Origin: Candidatus Cloacimonadales bacterium | GTDB lineage: Bacteria; Cloacimonadota; Cloacimonadia; Cloacimonadales; DAONDQ01 | Direction: 5' to 3' | Length of the DNA: 64,000 bases | NCBI GenBank assembly: GCA_963662275.1 | Contig: OY759316.1 | Coordinates: 1,440,001 to 1,504,000 of the forward strand | Shown here: piece after piece, positions 30,796-40,749 of the stretch | Layout of the letters: each line of letters begins with the position of its first letter | How positions within the stretch are numbered: the first letter of the stretch is position 1 | Program-made: the position numbers and the translations under genes | Notes under the pieces: model-generated | The model's database searches: none | Seen by the model: the letters and a program-made list of their open reading frames with translations, nothing else | What the model was told of the DNA's origin: nothing

Positions 30796-31153
30796 AAACA
30801 TGATACGAGATGGAGCCATGGTTAACAATCCTTCCATTAACGGCTTTACAAACCGTGTTACGATTCTGCTCTGCTAATTCTGTAATTCTCATGAATTTCT
30901 CTTCGAACTTCGCACTTATAAAATGAGCTGGGTTTCATCTAGGCATTATCTAGGGATCATCTAGGGATCATCTAGACTTTTTTAGATTTTCCTTAGGTTT
31001 TCATTAGTTCGTGATTAGCTTCTATTTCGTTGATTTTCTCGTTGTGATTCAAGAGCCAATTGGGTGGGGTATGAGTGGAATATAATTACTCACATTTCGA
31101 CTTCGCTCAATGACCGAGTAATCACTCGATGAACCGATTGTTGGGTACTGAAA

Positions 31154-31238
31154 CAACCGGTTAAACCCGGAGCTACCAAGTACAACCGGCTAAACCCGGA
31201 GCTACGCTAATGAATCAACCGGTTAAACCCGGAGCTAC
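31154..31238 (-). repeat. Three GTAG-type REP units GTAGCTCCGGGTTTARCCGGTTG
   Basis: AACCGGYTAAACCCGGAGCTAC three times on the + strand. Confidence 0.8.
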
Positions 31239-31290
31239 CACTCTGAGCTAGTACCTAACACCTAGAACCTAGCACCTTCTGCAAATTTCC

Positions 31291-31336
31291 TTGACATCTT
31301 TCCTATATTTATAAACATATGCGTATATGTTCATAT
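31291..31336 (+). promoter_or_regulatory. Putative promoter with ArsR/SmtB operator palindrome
   Basis: TTGACA at 31291; inverted repeat AACATATG-CG-TATATGTT upstream of the repressor. Confidence 0.55.
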
Positions 31337-31354
31337 ATCAATAAGGAGAGAAGA

Positions 31355-31726
31355 ATGGTGTTGATCGAAGAGACTGAACTTTGTTCCTGCCACCAGGAAA
31401 ACCCTGATTTAGTACAAAAAGTACGTGAGCAATTAGCTTCTACCAATGAAATAGATAAGATGGCTGAATTCTTTAAGATGTTTGCAGATACTTCCCGTTT
31501 GAAGATCATCCTTTCATTGCTTAACAATGAGCTTTGTGTCTGTGACCTTGCTTCTGTAGTGCAGATGAATCAATCGGCAGTCTCTCATCAATTGCGTGTG
31601 TTGAAGTTGCTCAGGCTTGTGAAGTCACGTCGCGATGGAAAGGTGATCTATTACTCGTTAGATGATGAGCATGTGCATGATATTGTGGCGTTGGCAAAAA
31701 CACATTTTGAAGAGGGATCATGGTAA
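31355..31726 (+). CDS. ArsR/SmtB metal-responsive repressor
   Basis: ELCVCDLA, SAVSHQLR, YYSLDDEHV. Confidence 0.92.
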   Translation: MVLIEETELCSCHQENPDLVQKVREQLASTNEIDKMAEFFKMFADTSRLKIILSLLNNELCVCDLASVVQMNQSAVSHQLRVLKLLRLVKSRRDGKVIYYSLDDEHVHDIVALAKTHFEEGSW

Positions 31727-33819
31727 AGAAGGAATACAAGCTGGAAGGTCTTGCGTGCGGTTCCTGTGCAGCCAAGATCGAAGGGCATATGAATAAACTG
31801 GATTCTGTTGCCCAGGCGCAGGTGAATCTGATGACCCAGACACTGACTCTTTATTACAATGAAGATGACAACCACATGCAAGATGAGCAGATAAAGAAGA
31901 TCGTACTGGGTTATGAACCGGATGTGATCGTTGAGAAACTTAATGATAAACGCAGTAAGGATGAAACAGCAAAGGAAGCTCGTCTTTCGAATTATATTTT
32001 CTGGCTGGGTATGTTCCTATCAGCTATTTCCTATATTCTCATGTGGATGGGCAAAGATATCCTCATTCTCTATATCGCTGCGTATGCAGCATTAGGCTAC
32101 AAGATCGTTTGGACAGCTCTCATCAATATCGTGAAGGGCAGATTACTGGATGAAAAGTTCCTCATGACCTTTGCCACCATTTCCGCCTTTGGTTTGGGAC
32201 AGTATCCGGAAGCAGTAGGCGTCATGCTGTTCTACGAAATTGGGAACAGGCTGGAAGGCTTGGCAGTCCAACGTTCTAAGCGTTCCATCACTTCTTTATT
32301 GGATTTGAAGCCTACCATCGTTCATAAGATGGAAGGACAAGCAATTTTGGATACTCTTCCAGCCCAAGTCAGTGTGGGGGAGAGGATACTGGTGAAACCG
32401 GGGGAACGTATTCCTTTGGACGGTGTTATCCTGAAAGGTGAGACCTATCTTGATCAATCAGCCATCACTGGTGAATCCATTCCTGTCTTCATGGGTATCG
32501 GTGCAGAAGTGCTGAGTGGAAGTGTGAATTTGAACACTGCCATAGAAATGAATGTCACGAAAGTCTTTGAAAATTCCTTTGTTTCCCGTATCCTGACTAT
32601 GGTGCAGGATGCTTCAGGACGGAAAAGTCAAAGTGAGAACATGATTCACCGTCTTGCCATTTATTATACACCAATCGTAGTGGGGCTAGCCATTCTACTA
32701 GCCATCTTACCGCCAATAATATTACAGGAAGCCTTTCATATTTGGTTTTACAGGGCTTTGATCTTTTTAGTAATATCCTGCCCTTGCGCCTTAGTTGTCT
32801 CTATACCCTTAGCTTTCTTTGGCGGTATAGGTGCTGCTTCACGTCATGGCATCCTGATCAAGGGTGGAAATTACCTGGAAGCGTTACGCCAAGTGGATAC
32901 AGTTGTCTTTGATAAAACTGGTACTCTTACAACCGGTAAGCTTCAAATACGAAATATTGCCCCCATCCAAGGCATTTCTGAACAACAATTACTGGAAACC
33001 GCAGCTTATGCTGATTCCTATTCCAATCATCCTATCGCCAAGTCTATTCGTAATGCATATGGTAAGGAAATTAAGACCAATGAAATCGAATCTTATGAAG
33101 AGATACCCGGATTAGGCACTGTGGCAGTTTGGGATCAAATACGCATTCTTGCAGGAAATGAGAAACTGTTGGCAAAAGAAGGGATCAAGTTACCCGCTGT
33201 TAATGTTTCAGGTACACTCGTTCATATTGCTGCTGGAGGAAATTACCTTGGTTCTATCGAAATCGGAGATGAATTACGAGCCAACGCTGCTGAAGTAATT
33301 ACCAACCTGAGAAAGGACGCTGTCAGTCGTATCATTATACTGAGCGGTGACAGGAAGGATAATGTAAATCAACTGGCAAAGCAGCTCGGTTTTGATGAAT
33401 ACTTTGCTGAGTTATTACCACAGGATAAACTTGCTAAAATGGACGAGATTGTTAATCATGCAAAGGGGAAGGTTGCCTTTATCGGTGATGGTATCAATGA
33501 TGCCCCTGTTCTCATGCGTGCTGACATCGGCATTGCGATGGGCGGTATCGGTTCTGATGCTGCCATTGAAGCAGCGGATGTCGTTTTTATGCGTGACGAT
33601 TTGAAAAGAATGTTGGTTTCCCGAAGAATCTCGAATTATACAAATAAGATCGTCTGGCAGAATATATATTTTGCATTGGGAGTGAAGGCAGCTATTATGG
33701 GACTTGGAACTTTCGGTTATACAAACCTTTGGGGAGCTGTTTTTGCTGATGTGGGTGTAGCCTTGCTTGCTGTTTTGAATAGTATTTTGATTCTGAGGAA
33801 TAAAAAGCTGGAATCGTAA
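31720..33819 (+). CDS. cadA: Cd/Zn/Co P1B-type ATPase
   Basis: N-terminal CGSC HMA domain, TGES, SCPCAL, DKTGTLT, GDGINDAP. Confidence 0.92.
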   Translation: MVKKEYKLEGLACGSCAAKIEGHMNKLDSVAQAQVNLMTQTLTLYYNEDDNHMQDEQIKKIVLGYEPDVIVEKLNDKRSKDETAKEARLSNYIFWLGMFLSAISYILMWMGKDILILYIAAYAALGYKIVWTALINIVKGRLLDEKFLMTFATISAFGLGQYPEAVGVMLFYEIGNRLEGLAVQRSKRSITSLLDLKPTIVHKMEGQAILDTLPAQVSVGERILVKPGERIPLDGVILKGETYLDQSAITGESIPVFMGIGAEVLSGSVNLNTAIEMNVTKVFENSFVSRILTMVQDASGRKSQSENMIHRLAIYYTPIVVGLAILLAILPPIILQEAFHIWFYRALIFLVISCPCALVVSIPLAFFGGIGAASRHGILIKGGNYLEALRQVDTVVFDKTGTLTTGKLQIRNIAPIQGISEQQLLETAAYADSYSNHPIAKSIRNAYGKEIKTNEIESYEEIPGLGTVAVWDQIRILAGNEKLLAKEGIKLPAVNVSGTLVHIAAGGNYLGSIEIGDELRANAAEVITNLRKDAVSRIIILSGDRKDNVNQLAKQLGFDEYFAELLPQDKLAKMDEIVNHAKGKVAFIGDGINDAPVLMRADIGIAMGGIGSDAAIEAADVVFMRDDLKRMLVSRRISNYTNKIVWQNIYFALGVKAAIMGLGTFGYTNLWGAVFADVGVALLAVLNSILILRNKKLES

Positions 33820-33860
33820 AATGGGTCTGTTGTATAGAATAGGAATGTTGAATCGACCTT

Positions 33861-34025
33861 TCCTCCCTCCCTTTAACCAAAGGGAGGGAAGTCAGACAAG
33901 TCATTTCTTCCTTTCCTTTAACCAAAGGGAGGGAGGTCAGACAAGCCATTTCTTCCTTTCCTTTAACCAAAGGGAGGAAGGTCAGACAAGTCATTTCTTT
34001 CTTCCTTTTATCCAAAGGGAGGAAA
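33861..34025. repeat. Four tandem 42-bp units with a CCTTT-AACC-AAAGG hairpin
   Basis: Direct inspection; related hairpin at 62461-62485. Confidence 0.85.
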
Positions 34026-34052
34026 GCCAGCTAAGTCATATAAAGAGGTATT

Positions 34053-34397
34053 ATGTGGTATTTTATTCTTAAAGTGTTCATCTCCGCTATCATTATTGCC
34101 CTGATCTCCTGGATTTCCCAGAAGAGTACTTTATGGGGTGGTATACTGGCTTCTGTGCCCCTGACATCGCTGTTGGCTATTCTCTGGTTATTCAGGGATA
34201 CTCATGATTTAGAAAAGATATCCAATCTCTGCAAGGACATTTTCTGGCTTGTTCTTCCATCCCTGGCATTTTTCCTGATCCTGCCCTACCTGATCAAACT
34301 TAAAGTGAATTTTGGTTTAGCTATGAGTATATCCATTGTTATTGTTGTTATTCTCTATTATCTGACTATCTTGATTTTGAAAAGGCATGGAGTGTGA
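34053..34397 (+). CDS. DUF3147-like membrane protein
   Basis: Four TM segments; GGILASVPLTSLL, FWLVLPSL. Confidence 0.7.
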   Translation: MWYFILKVFISAIIIALISWISQKSTLWGGILASVPLTSLLAILWLFRDTHDLEKISNLCKDIFWLVLPSLAFFLILPYLIKLKVNFGLAMSISIVIVVILYYLTILILKRHGV

Positions 34398-34400
34398 ATC

Positions 34401-34886
34401 ATGATATCAATCATCGCAGCTATGGATAAAAACAGGTTAATTGGAAAAGACAATCGTATACCTTGGAAGATTCATGAAGATCTTATCTATTTTCGAAAAA
34501 CTACCATGGGGCATACCGTAGTCATGGGCAGAAAAACGCATGAATCACTGGGAAGACCTTTAGACGGACGGGCGAATATAGTGCTTACAAGACAGAAGAA
34601 TTATCATTGTACAGACTGCATGGTTTTGCATTCTGTCCAGGAAGTGCTCGATATGTTTTCTGATGAGGAAGTGTTTATTATTGGCGGTTTTGAAATATTC
34701 AAGGCATTCCTTCCTTATGTGAAACGGATGTATCTGACTAAGATAGATAAAGCTTATGAAGGGGATATCTGGTTCCCTGTATATGACGAAAAAGAATGGG
34801 TATTGGAATCTTTTGAAAATCATGTAACAACGGATAATACTCAAACAAACTTTGCTTTTCTGGTTTATTCAAAGAAGGAAATTTAA
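34401..34886 (+). CDS. folA: Dihydrofolate reductase
   Basis: IGKDNRIPW, VMGRKT, PL.GR.NIVL, IIGG, GD.WFP. Confidence 0.95.
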   Translation: MISIIAAMDKNRLIGKDNRIPWKIHEDLIYFRKTTMGHTVVMGRKTHESLGRPLDGRANIVLTRQKNYHCTDCMVLHSVQEVLDMFSDEEVFIIGGFEIFKAFLPYVKRMYLTKIDKAYEGDIWFPVYDEKEWVLESFENHVTTDNTQTNFAFLVYSKKEI

Positions 34887-35164
34887 CTACAAACTCACTC
34901 CCGACTTCTCTCTTGGACATAAGTTAGAAAATATACAGTCTTTCCCTACCGATCTTCTACTATCTGGAAATGAATGGATTTATTTGAAAGCTAAGGATTT
35001 GGAGTTCAATTTCCCGAGCAAAACTATCAGTAACCACCTAGCTAAAAGGGAAATTGGACTTCAAACCGATCTTTCATTCTCGGCAGTGAAACTCGTTTTC
35101 AGGGAAGTTCATATTGTGTTACTTTAGGGGATTGAGATTGAGAGCATACCTTTTATTGGTAAAA

Positions 35165-35274
35165 TAAAAAAGGGAGAGATAAAATCTCTCCCTTAACTCT
35201 GTGAATATGAGTTCTGAGCCATTCGGGATGGCTGTTCCTTCAACCGCGTTGAAGGAGCGAGTCTCTCATTCATT
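35165..35274 (-). ncRNA. Putative small RNA, paralogue A
   Basis: Promoter-like TTGCTT/TATCTT, internal hairpins and intrinsic terminator; homologous to 35338-35447. Confidence 0.5.
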
Positions 35275-35337
35275 TAATAAGATAATAGAATTTCTGGAAA
35301 AGCAAAGAAATTATTTCTATTTAATAGATTTAGAATT

Positions 35338-35447
35338 AAAAAAAAGGGAGAGGTTTCTCTCCCTTAGCTTAATGAATTTATGCAGTTCTGTATATTTGGG
35401 TGGCTGTTCCTTCAACCACAGTTGAAGAATCAAGTCTCTCATTCATT
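35338..35447 (-). ncRNA. Putative small RNA, paralogue B
   Basis: Same promoter, hairpin and terminator layout as 35165-35274. Confidence 0.5.
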
Positions 35448-35805
35448 AATAAGATAATCCATTACCTGTAAAAAGCAAGGAAAACAACATGTAACATAAT
35501 AAGCATTTCCCATCATAGACATGATTGGATATGCTGTTGAACAAGCTCAAGTAGCAGGGTGATTTTGAATATGTATTTGGAAATTGCTTTTTGAAGATTT
35601 CTTGGGTTGAATTGGATTTTTACAATTTTAGCAGAGTCTTTTACCAATGGAAGAGATGATTTTCTTTTCAGAAGTTATCAAATCACTTTGAGATCAGACT
35701 TTTTGTGTATGGGCTGATATTGTTTTCAAGTATTTTAGCAAATTGCCTGTAATATTTCGGTTGTTTCTATAATTTAGGCAAGACAATCCCGTCGGTAAAA
35801 TTAAC

Positions 35806-36948
35806 TTACAGTTTACCGCCATCAAAGCAATTTGCCAAAAACAACAGCGACCAAGGCGGTGATCTTGGTTTTCCGGTAATTGAAGCATGCTGTGTCATCT
35901 TTGATTTGCAATTAGGGCAGAGGTCTTTTTCAAATTTGGGAATTACAAAAGTTTTAGCTGTCTGATTCTTGTCATTAGAATCGGACTTTGCTGGGAAAAA
36001 GCTGTTGACCATCTCCCAGACAGATTTTGCCGCCGGACTGAGAAATCCGTAGTATCTGATTTTCTGAAATCCCTGCGGCAGAACATGCATCAGGAACTTA
36101 TTGATAAACTCCACGGAGTCGACGCTTTTAAAGGCGAATTTAGCTGAACCTGCCGGCTTGTATTTAAAGGTTACCAGCCCGTCCTTTTCCCAAAGGATGC
36201 GATTGTTGGTGATGGCGGTCCGATACACATAATTGGCCAAATAAGTCAGAGCCTCCCGACCTTTTCCGACGGGTCGGGAGTCTGTGACAAACTCTTTTTG
36301 CTGCCAGACTAGCGGGGATATCCGACCAAACAGATGCTGATTTTCCAGTCGAAGCAAATCACGGAATTTTGCCCGGTAAATCACCGAAAGAGCTTTGACC
36401 GGAATCAGGAACTTATTGCCTGCTTTTTGCCATTCCTTTCGTTCTTTATTCCAAGCTCCGCCGGGGACTATATAATGAATATGAGGATGATATTCAAGCT
36501 GCCTTGTCCAGGTATGAAGTACCCCGGTAAAGCCTGAAACGCCACCGGCATATTTGGGATCTGAAAGCAATGTCTTTAAGGCTTCAGATGATGCTTTGAA
36601 CTGAAGATCATAAAGCAGTTTCTGATTTGACAGGCATGTTTTGTGCAGTTCCCGGGGTATGGTGAAAGTTACCATGAAGTACTTAACCGGCAGCAGTTTG
36701 GCAAGCTGCTTTTCCAGCCATTTCGCTGAATCATTACGGCCACACTTCGGGCAGTGACGGTTTTTGCAGGAATGATAGGAATAATGCAGTTCCGCACATT
36801 CCTGGCATAAATAGACTTCTCCGCCCAGTTCAGGTGTCCGGCAAAGGAGAATATCTCTGATCGCTCTTAAATGGCTTTCCGGTGACTGGTTTCCATATTT
36901 TTCCAGATACTCGGACAGGTTGTTTTTGAGAATCCTGCTAAAATCCAT
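35806..36948 (-). CDS. IS91-family Y2 rolling-circle transposase
   Basis: CRT..LGG, HSCKNRHCPKC, LHTW, YHPHIH (HUH), YLANY, IRYYGFL. Confidence 0.92.
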   Translation of the reverse strand: MDFSRILKNNLSEYLEKYGNQSPESHLRAIRDILLCRTPELGGEVYLCQECAELHYSYHSCKNRHCPKCGRNDSAKWLEKQLAKLLPVKYFMVTFTIPRELHKTCLSNQKLLYDLQFKASSEALKTLLSDPKYAGGVSGFTGVLHTWTRQLEYHPHIHYIVPGGAWNKERKEWQKAGNKFLIPVKALSVIYRAKFRDLLRLENQHLFGRISPLVWQQKEFVTDSRPVGKGREALTYLANYVYRTAITNNRILWEKDGLVTFKYKPAGSAKFAFKSVDSVEFINKFLMHVLPQGFQKIRYYGFLSPAAKSVWEMVNSFFPAKSDSNDKNQTAKTFVIPKFEKDLCPNCKSKMTQHASITGKPRSPPWSLLFLANCFDGGKL

Positions 36949-37821
36949 TTACATCTTATTCATCAGTTCATTGATGATTTTACATGACTGCTCTCGGGAA
37001 ACGTTAGTCAAATGCACGTATACCATGGTCGCTCTAAGACTTTCGTGCCCGAGCAAGTCTTTGATGATGATGATACTGACACCTGCTTCCAATAAATGTG
37101 TGGCATAAGAATGTCTGAGTGTATGACAGGTTACATGCTTAGGGATGCGTGTCTCCTTTAAGGCTGACTTCAGAGCTGACCGAAGAGTTTGGACAGAAAT
37201 CTGGTTCGAGGTTGTCATTCTGTTAATATCAGCCTGTCTGGTGCTTCTGCTCGGGAATAAAAGCTGTCTGTTCTGATGGGTTTTCCAATATTCCCGGAGT
37301 TCCTGATACAATTTTTCAGGCAGAGGTATTGACCTGTCTTTGTTGCCTTTGGATTGCCTTACCGTGATGGTCATCAATTCCCGGTTGATATCGGCTATTT
37401 TAATCTTGACTGCTTCCGAAATCCTTAATCCGCATTGATAGGTAAGAGTCAGTAAGAGTCGATAATCATAAGTATGAATGCGGGAGATAAGCATTCTAAC
37501 TTCGTCTGTGGTCAGAATCACAGGAAGTTTGTGCTCAATCTTTGCCTTAAAAAAGGTAAAATCCTCTTGCCTGAAACCAACAACATGGATGAAAAAAAAT
37601 CTGATGCCATAATAGGCTGATTTTAAACTCTGAGGACTATAATTCTTGACGTTATGCAGGTAGACAAAATATGTTCTTACCTGTTCAATAGATAGTGTGC
37701 CGGGGTCTTGACCATAATATGATGCTAAAGAAGTGACTTGTCTGATGTAATTGTATTTTGTCTCTCGGGACACGCCTCGAAGATCAAGGCACTCTAAAAA
37801 GCGAACTTCGTATGATTCCAT
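36949..37821 (-). CDS. Tyrosine recombinase/integrase
   Basis: GLRISE, KGNKDR, HTLRHSYATHLLE, LLGH, T..Y. Confidence 0.93.
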   Translation of the reverse strand: MESYEVRFLECLDLRGVSRETKYNYIRQVTSLASYYGQDPGTLSIEQVRTYFVYLHNVKNYSPQSLKSAYYGIRFFFIHVVGFRQEDFTFFKAKIEHKLPVILTTDEVRMLISRIHTYDYRLLLTLTYQCGLRISEAVKIKIADINRELMTITVRQSKGNKDRSIPLPEKLYQELREYWKTHQNRQLLFPSRSTRQADINRMTTSNQISVQTLRSALKSALKETRIPKHVTCHTLRHSYATHLLEAGVSIIIIKDLLGHESLRATMVYVHLTNVSREQSCKIINELMNKM

Positions 37822-37972
37822 ACTTACCTCCAGTTAATTTTGGGGGTAAGTATGCTTTTAGTGAGGGTTCAGTATATCAATAGTTTAAATGCATGAAACA
37901 CGAGTTTACTGCGAACGGTACTGCTGCTTGCAGCTTCGTTCAACAAGATGCAATCATATGTAACAACCAATC

Positions 37973-38027
37973 GTAGCACGAACAGTCTAGTCTGTTTTGT
38001 GAGAGTTTCGTCCCGAACTTGAAACGG
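37973..38027 (+). repeat. Dispersed GTAG-headed repeat
   Basis: GTAGCAC..ACAGTCT.GTCTGTTTTGTGAGAGT.TCGTCCCGAACTTGAAA also occurs at about 48076-48130. Confidence 0.75.
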
Positions 38028-38170
38028 ACTGCAGAAGATTCCAGGTTTCAAAACTAATGCTTATTCAAACAGAATTAATATGGAACAGACAATCGATATT
38101 TAATCACTTGACAACAATTTAATGAAAATGAAATTTAGTAAATTCATTATATCAACATGGAGGTAATTTC

Positions 38171-39127
38171 ATGAGAACATCTCTTCTCTTCATAGTCTTA
38201 TGTTTCGTTCTTGCCGGATGTGCAACGATGAAACAAGAGACACCTCAACCTGTTCAGAACATAGATCAGGTTAAACAGAATCAACCTAATCCTCCTGCTC
38301 CCAAGAGCGAATACACATTAAAGCGTAAGATTGCCATTGCCAGGTTTACAAATGAAACAAGAACCGCCAACAGCTTTTTAACTAGTGGCACAGAAATTAA
38401 GGATAAATTGAGTAAACAGGCGACGGATATCCTTTCCACAAAACTGGCTATGACAGGTAACTTCATCCTGATAGAAAGACAGGATACGGTTGCATATTTA
38501 AATGAGCAACGAGTTTCCAATATAGAGCGATTGCAGATTCCTGCAGATTATATGATTGTAGGTTCTATCACGGAATTTGGAAGAAAAGTCAACGGCGATG
38601 TTGGTTTGATTGGTAGAACGAAGAAGCAGACTGCTTTTGCGAAAGTATCATTAAGGATTATCAATACTAAGACAGGAATTGTCATTTATGGTGAAGAAGG
38701 TTCCGGTGAAGCTACTTCAGAAGTGGGAACGGTTCTGGGCATGGGTTCGCAAGCCGGATATGATGAAACTCTGACGGATAAGGCAATAGATACAGCAATC
38801 ACCAGCGTGATTCAGAACCTACTGAATAAATTGTATGATCAGCCATGGAAATCCTATATTCTTTCCAACGATAATAATGTCATTTATATCTCGGGAGGCG
38901 CGAAACAGGGTATTAAGGTTGGCGATGTATTTCAAATCATGAAGAGTGGTAAGATGGTGAATAATCCGCAAACGAACATACCTGTTGAATTACCTGCAAC
39001 GAAGATTGGAAGTCTTAAAGTAGTGAATTTGATTCCTGGTGAAGAGTTGACTGAACTATCCGAGTGCCAGGTTGTAGATGGCAGCCTGGCTAATGTTGAC
39101 ATCAAATCATTATTTATCAGCAAATAA
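38171..39127 (+). CDS. CsgG/HfaB family lipoprotein
   Basis: Lipobox LAGC; KIAIARFTNE, F.LIER, GSITEFGR. Confidence 0.85.
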   Translation: MRTSLLFIVLCFVLAGCATMKQETPQPVQNIDQVKQNQPNPPAPKSEYTLKRKIAIARFTNETRTANSFLTSGTEIKDKLSKQATDILSTKLAMTGNFILIERQDTVAYLNEQRVSNIERLQIPADYMIVGSITEFGRKVNGDVGLIGRTKKQTAFAKVSLRIINTKTGIVIYGEEGSGEATSEVGTVLGMGSQAGYDETLTDKAIDTAITSVIQNLLNKLYDQPWKSYILSNDNNVIYISGGAKQGIKVGDVFQIMKSGKMVNNPQTNIPVELPATKIGSLKVVNLIPGEELTELSECQVVDGSLANVDIKSLFISK

Positions 39128-39136
39128 GGAGAGAAA

Positions 39137-39448
39137 ATGAAAGGGCTATACTTGATCCTGGTCTCCAGCATCGTAATTCTACTGCTCTGCTCATGCAGCG
39201 TTACGAAGATAAATAACTCTTCGACAGTAAAAGCTGACTTAGGGTATATACACATTACCGGCAATGTAGAGGGGATAAGCGTTTATATCAATAATGTTGA
39301 GCAAGTCCTGGTATATAAGCACAACTCGGCTCTAATACAGGTTCCTGCCGGGAATTATGAATTGAAAATAACGAGAGCTAACTCCACCCTAGTGGATCAA
39401 AAAATCATCGTATCCATATCAAATACAACGGAGGTAATTGTTCCATGA
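39137..39448 (+). CDS. Small lipoprotein, PEGA-like
   Basis: Lipobox LCSC; VYINN, PAGNYELKI. Confidence 0.65.
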   Translation: MKGLYLILVSSIVILLLCSCSVTKINNSSTVKADLGYIHITGNVEGISVYINNVEQVLVYKHNSALIQVPAGNYELKITRANSTLVDQKIIVSISNTTEVIVP

Positions 39449-39795
39449 GAAAACTAAGATTCATCATTTTAGGTATCGTTGTCCTGTCATTCGCAGGTTG
39501 TGCCACTCAAACACAGTTATATTATTATGGTGATTATTCCCATAAGTACTACAACATGGTTAAAAAACAGGATGATGCAAGTAAGCAAGGCTTTATCAAA
39601 ACATTGGACAACATTATCAGTAAATCCCAAAAACAGGATAATTCTCCTGTTCCCCCAGGTATCTATTGTGACTATGGGATGATGATGGTAGGTCAGTCCA
39701 GACCTGATGAAGCGCAAAAGTATTTTAATCTTGAGAAAAGCCATTGGCCTGAATCAGCTCCTTTGATGGATTACTTGATTCAATTATATAAGTAA
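39445..39795 (+). CDS. DUF4810 family lipoprotein
   Basis: FAGC, LYYYGDY, VPPG, F..EK..WPES. Confidence 0.82.
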   Translation: MRKLRFIILGIVVLSFAGCATQTQLYYYGDYSHKYYNMVKKQDDASKQGFIKTLDNIISKSQKQDNSPVPPGIYCDYGMMMVGQSRPDEAQKYFNLEKSHWPESAPLMDYLIQLYK

Positions 39796-39806
39796 TAGGA
39801 GAAAAG

Positions 39807-40496
39807 ATGAAAGACCGTTTATTGATCTGCCTTGTAGTACTGTTCATATTATTTCTTACAGGATGCGCTACAGTTAAAACAAAAACCATGCAGGATATCT
39901 ACCCCAAAATGTATTCAAACAGACCTGCATCCATATTGATATTACCTCCCATGAATAAATCTACAGCCTCTGAAGCTAAGGAGTATTTCTCATGCTCCTT
40001 GGCTGAACCCCTTGCACAAATGGGATATTACCCCATGCCAGTGGAAGCTATTTTTTCAGTTCTGAAGCAGGAAGGATTGTACGATACAGAATCGATCAGC
40101 CCGGCTGTTTTGGCGAATCTTAGAAAATACTTCGGGGCAGATGCCGTGCTTGTAACAACTATCGATACCTGGCAGAAATCATATGTTGGTTTAGCTGGAA
40201 GTCTGACCATTGGAGCGACATACGAAATACTAGATACACAGACTGCTGAAAAGCTGTGGGATTTTCACGCAAACATAGTCGTTTCACTGACATCATCAAG
40301 TAACAACTTATTGGGACAACTAGTCGAAACAGCCATCAAAACAGCAGTCGAAGACTACTTTTCAAATGCTCAAAAAGCCAATAATTATACTTTTTATCAT
40401 TATCTTCCAAGCGGAAAACATCACTCCAAAGTTAATGCCGATGGCATAAATATTGTTCCTGCATCTAAAAGCGCTATCATCCGAATATCCAAATAA
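39807..40496 (+). CDS. DUF799/GNA1162 family lipoprotein
   Basis: LTGC, P.SILILPPMN, PLA..GYY, FGADAVL. Confidence 0.85.
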   Translation: MKDRLLICLVVLFILFLTGCATVKTKTMQDIYPKMYSNRPASILILPPMNKSTASEAKEYFSCSLAEPLAQMGYYPMPVEAIFSVLKQEGLYDTESISPAVLANLRKYFGADAVLVTTIDTWQKSYVGLAGSLTIGATYEILDTQTAEKLWDFHANIVVSLTSSSNNLLGQLVETAIKTAVEDYFSNAQKANNYTFYHYLPSGKHHSKVNADGINIVPASKSAIIRISK

Positions 40497-40749
40497 GGAA
40501 CTAAGAAATAGACTGATCTTATAGAAATGCAGTATTCTCCCCCCTAACGAGGGGGGAGTTTTTGAACCCTTAAACCATTCTGCCATTGAATTACTAGGCG
40601 GTATACTAAGGAATCCTTTCAAATGCTTGTGTTACCACAACGAAAAGCAACAGTAAAGACGCTTTTTAACCAGTTGAAGTAAAAAAATGATCTGGAAATA
40701 ATGAAAGACATCTGAAACGAATGACTAAATATTGAAAGTCCTGAACACC

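Larger units (their letters stand above)
35535..37945 (-). mobile_element. Tyrosine recombinase + IS91-type transposase element (boundaries tentative)
   Basis: Two abutting genes; imperfect inverted end motifs starting TGTTGAAC. Confidence 0.65.

Noticed and set aside
33695..34072. ORFs across the 42-bp repeats
   Set aside because: Repeat-derived, overlap real genes, no recognisable domain
34852..35127. 91-aa ORF after folA
   Set aside because: TTG start inside folA, no RBS and no recognisable motif
36949..37821. Integron integrase with a cassette array
   Set aside because: No IntI-specific insertion or attC array is visible, and the gene is coupled to the IS91-type transposase
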